A stretch of 39,519 nt of DNA from Kofleriaceae bacterium (lineage in GTDB: Bacteria; Myxococcota_A; Polyangia; Haliangiales; Haliangiaceae): the NCBI GenBank assembly GCA_036274355.1, contig DASUFX010000042.1, forward strand, positions 1-39,519, written 5' to 3'. The position numbers and the translations under genes are program-made. The notes beneath the pieces were generated by a model that worked only from the letters and a program-made list of their open reading frames with translations, had not been told where the DNA came from and did no database searches. Position 1 is the stretch's first letter; every line of letters begins with the position of its first letter. Positions 35,953-39,519 of this stretch are shown piece after piece.

Positions 35953-37425
35953 CTACGCCTTCGCGACGGCGGCGTCCCAGCGGGTGAGGTGTTCCTTCAC
36001 CCACGCGCGATCGGTTGTCGGCTTGAACCGGCGTTGCTCGCGCCAGGTCGCTTTCACGGTGTCGAGGTCCTTCCACACGCCGGTGCCGAGGCCGGCGAGG
36101 AACGCTGCGCCGAGCGCCGTCGACTCGACGAGCTCGGGCCGTGCGATCTCCACGCCGAGCACGTCGGACTGGAACTGCATGAGCAGATCGTTCGCCGCCG
36201 CACCGCCATCGACCTTGAGCATCGTCAGCGGGCGACCCGCGTCGCGCTCCATCGCGCGCAAGATGTCGACGTTCTGCAGTGCGATGCCCTCGAGCGTCGC
36301 GCGAGCGAGATGCGCCTTCGTCGTGCCGCGGGTGATGCCGGTGATCGCGGCGCGCGCGTCGGGACGCCAGTGCGGCGCACCGAGACCCGCGAAGGCCGGC
36401 ACGACGATCACGCCGCCCGATTCGGGTACCGAGCGCGCGAGCTCTTCGATCTCCGATGCGCTCTTGATGATGCCGAGCCCATCGCGCAGCCACTGCACCG
36501 CGGCGCCGGCGATGAAGGCCGAGCCTTCGAGCGCGTAGCGCAGCTCGCCCGTGTGCAGCTTCCACGCGACGGTGGTGAGCAGGCCCGACTTCGACTGCAC
36601 CGCCCATTCGCCGGTGTTCATCAGGATGAACGCGCCAGTTCCGTAGGTGCATTTGGCGTCGCCCGGCGCGAAGCAGGTCTGGCCGAACAGCGCCGATTGC
36701 TGATCACCCGCGAGGCCCGCGATCGGCACGCCATCGCGAATGCCGGGCACGCCCTTCGTGGTGCCGACCGGGCCCGACGACGGGACGACGTTCGGCAGCA
36801 GCGCGCGCGGCACGCCCATCAGCTCGAGGAGCTCGTCGGTAAACGTCAGCTCCTTGAGATCGAAGAGCAGCGTGCGCGATGCGTTGCTGACGTCGGTCGC
36901 GTGCACGGCGCCGCCGGTCAGCCGCCACAGCAAGTAGCAATCGATCGTGCCGAACGCGAGCGAGCCATCGCGCGCCGCAGCCGCGAGCCCGGGCACGTTG
37001 TTCAACATCCAGTGGACTTTGGTGCCCGAGAAGTACGGATCGAGCGTGAGCCCGGTGAGCTGCTTGACGCGCGCTTCCTTGCCCTGCGCCTTGAGCTCGG
37101 CGCAGCGATCGGCGGTGCGGCGGTCCTGCCACACGATCGCGTTGTGGGCCGCTTTGCCGGTCTTGCGATCCCAGATCACCGCGGTCTCGCGCTGATTCGT
37201 GATGCCGATCGCGGCGACGCTCGACGGCTCGATGCCCTGCATCGCGGCTGCGAGTGCGGTCGTCACCGACGTCCAGATGTCTTCCGGATCGTGCTCGACC
37301 CAACCTGGCTTCGGATAGATCTGGCGAAACTCCTTGTAGCCGCGGCCGCGGACTTGGAGTTGCTCGTCGAGAACGAGCACGGTGGAACCGGTGGTGCCCT
37401 GGTCGATCGCGATCACGTGGCGCAT
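35953..37425 (-). CDS. glpK: Glycerol kinase
   Basis: MRHVIAIDQGTTGSTVLV...YPKPGWVEHDPEDIW...GITNQRETAVIWD...GTGAFILMNTG...VDGGAAANDLLMQFQSD are canonical FGGY/GlpK motifs. Confidence 0.95.
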   Translation of the reverse strand: MRHVIAIDQGTTGSTVLVLDEQLQVRGRGYKEFRQIYPKPGWVEHDPEDIWTSVTTALAAAMQGIEPSSVAAIGITNQRETAVIWDRKTGKAAHNAIVWQDRRTADRCAELKAQGKEARVKQLTGLTLDPYFSGTKVHWMLNNVPGLAAAARDGSLAFGTIDCYLLWRLTGGAVHATDVSNASRTLLFDLKELTFTDELLELMGVPRALLPNVVPSSGPVGTTKGVPGIRDGVPIAGLAGDQQSALFGQTCFAPGDAKCTYGTGAFILMNTGEWAVQSKSGLLTTVAWKLHTGELRYALEGSAFIAGAAVQWLRDGLGIIKSASEIEELARSVPESGGVIVVPAFAGLGAPHWRPDARAAITGITRGTTKAHLARATLEGIALQNVDILRAMERDAGRPLTMLKVDGGAAANDLLMQFQSDVLGVEIARPELVESTALGAAFLAGLGTGVWKDLDTVKATWREQRRFKPTTDRAWVKEHLTRWDAAVAKA

Positions 37426-38225
37426 GCAAGATCTCCGCTCTGTTCGTGGGGCCGGTCTGTTGTCCTGTCAGTTGTCCGCACATTGCGGCGCAAGAAGTCG
37501 ATGACTTCAGCGGCAACGATGTCGCGTTCGACATCGGCCGCGATGAGGTGATAGCTGCGCGGCAGGATGCGCATGCGCGCGGCGCACGTCAGCTGTGCGA
37601 TCCGCGTCGCGCACGCGACCGGCGCGGTGTGGTCGTGCTCGCCGTGCAGCACGAGCACCGGCTGCTTGATCGACGACAGCTCGCCCTCGACGACGCGCAT
37701 GAACGCGGCGAGCTCGGCGAGCGCGCGCGTCGGAATCGCGCTGTAGCAGGGGTTCTCGGCTTTCGTGCGCTTGTCACGCACGTCGGAGCCATAGAATTTC
37801 GGAATCGCGCGGATGCGCCGAAGCATCCCGTCTGCCGCCCATTGCGCGACACGCGCCGACAGTCCTTCGAGCCACAGCGGTGCCGCGAGCGACGCCACGG
37901 CTGCAACATCGGTGCGCTTGCTTGCGAGATGCAGCGCGAGCAGGCCACCGAGCGATTGTCCAACTACCGCGACTTGGTTGCACAACAGCCGCATCGAGTC
38001 GTAGGCGTCCTCGACGGCGTCGGCCCAATCCGACCACTTCGTTTGATCGAGATCCTCGACGCGCGTGCCATGGCCGGGCAGGCGCAGTCCATGCACGGTG
38101 AAACCTGCGCGCGCCAATTGGTCGCCGAGATAACGCATCTCGTAAGGCGTTCCGGTGAAGCCATGCACGCACACCACGCCGATCGCGCCATCACCGACGA
38201 GATCGAAAGGCTCCCCGAGCGCCAC
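37413..38225 (-). CDS. Alpha/beta hydrolase (esterase / monoacylglycerol-lipase-like)
   Basis: VCVHGFTGTP, nucleophile elbow GQSLGG, and a late LHGEHDHT with a catalytic His candidate (SYHL). GTG start. It overlaps the glpK start by 13 nt. Confidence 0.85.
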   Translation of the reverse strand: MALGEPFDLVGDGAIGVVCVHGFTGTPYEMRYLGDQLARAGFTVHGLRLPGHGTRVEDLDQTKWSDWADAVEDAYDSMRLLCNQVAVVGQSLGGLLALHLASKRTDVAAVASLAAPLWLEGLSARVAQWAADGMLRRIRAIPKFYGSDVRDKRTKAENPCYSAIPTRALAELAAFMRVVEGELSSIKQPVLVLHGEHDHTAPVACATRIAQLTCAARMRILPRSYHLIAADVERDIVAAEVIDFLRRNVRTTDRTTDRPHEQSGDLACAT

Positions 38226-38244
38226 GTCGCTTCGTTATCACACC

Positions 38245-38267
38245 GGTGCGCACATTGACAGCGCACC
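38245..38267 (+). promoter_or_regulatory. 7-bp perfect inverted repeat enclosing a consensus TTGACA hexamer
   Basis: GGTGCGC (38245-51), ACATTGACA, GCGCACC (38261-67). TTGACA lies at 38255-60, about 80 nt upstream of the FHA-GGDEF ATG. No convincing -10 element is seen. Confidence 0.25.
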
Positions 38268-38339
38268 CCAGTCCGCGCTCTGATCGAAAGGATCACGGCG
38301 GGTTGCGTGCTCCCGTGCGATCGGCGTTCGGATCCGGCG

Positions 38340-39209
<870 letters not shown>

Positions 39210-39221
<12 letters not shown>

Positions 39222-39244
39222 TCGCCGATGGTGGGCGTCATCGG
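39210..39244. terminator. Short alternative hairpins at a convergent gene junction
   Basis: GTCATCGG (39210-17), GCCGATG (39224-30) and GTCATCGG (39237-44). The central arm can pair with either flank. Stems are only 6-7 bp and there is no U-tract. Confidence 0.2.
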
Positions 39245-39519
39245 TTAAGGCGGCGGCGCGTCGGGCGCGTTGCGGAAGTCCGTCACGCCCGCTTGGCCGA
39301 TCCAGTACTCGATGTCGACGCTGTTATCGGCGTTGATCGTGATGAAGCGCAGCGCGCCGTAGATGGAGCCTTGCTTGAAGACGAGCACACCCTTCGAGCA
39401 CGTCGACCCTTCGGTACCGAACACGACCGAACCGTCCGTGCTGTCGAACGTGTAGCTCGTCGCGTCGGTGAGATCGTGAATCGTCGTGACGCCGGTGTAG
39501 CCGCGGCCGGTGATGCCGC
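39245..39519 (-). CDS. C-terminal fragment of an unknown protein (the start lies beyond the window edge)
   Basis: My reverse-complement translation reads ...GITGRGYTGVTTIHDLTDATSYTFDSTDGSVVFGTEGSTCSKGVLVFKQGSIYGALRFITINADNSVDIEYWIGQAGVTDFRNAPDAPPP, ending at TAA 39247..39245. Third-position GC is high. It is not in the track because no start lies in the window. Confidence 0.5.
   Translation of the reverse strand, partial: GITGRGYTGVTTIHDLTDATSYTFDSTDGSVVFGTEGSTCSKGVLVFKQGSIYGALRFITINADNSVDIEYWIGQAGVTDFRNAPDAPPP

Overview
This is a G+C-rich chromosomal segment with strong third-position G/C bias. Long antisense shadow ORFs fill the six-frame track. I support about 33 protein-coding genes, two of them cut by the window edges. 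I found no rRNA, tRNA, CRISPR array, transposase or integrase. The gene content points to a Myxococcota-like organism (inference only): a Ser/Thr kinase, two ECF-type sigma factors, a sigma54 promoter, an FHA-GGDEF protein, many lipoproteins and an Oar-like TonB-dependent receptor. Recognisable genes include glpK, ihfB, a PBP1A, a SulP transporter, yjbQ and a Fur-family regulator. Cell-envelope enzymes are frequent: a 3D/MltA-like protein, an extensin-like LAS-fold protein, an M28 peptidase and two beta-lactamase-fold serine hydrolases. The best candidates for something undescribed are: (1) a 2039-aa cytoplasmic giant protein with no motif I can name; (2) a tightly packed yjbQ / SUKH-immunity-like / small protein / stand-alone C39-like cysteine peptidase gene string; (3) an ECF sigma factor paired with a roughly 1170-aa or longer anti-sigma-FecR-VIT-vWA fusion, behind a tail-anchored kinase and a Cys-rich mini-lipoprotein. 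Non-coding signals include a textbook sigma54 -24/-12 element upstream of an orphan ECF-like sigma gene. A 312-bp repeat- and palindrome-dense spacer follows ihfB. Three helically phased repeats sit in the Fur divergent promoter. Gene packing is very tight throughout, with shared CTAG stop codons between convergent genes and 23-30 bp divergent spacers. All functional calls come from reading motifs by eye, and no database search was run.
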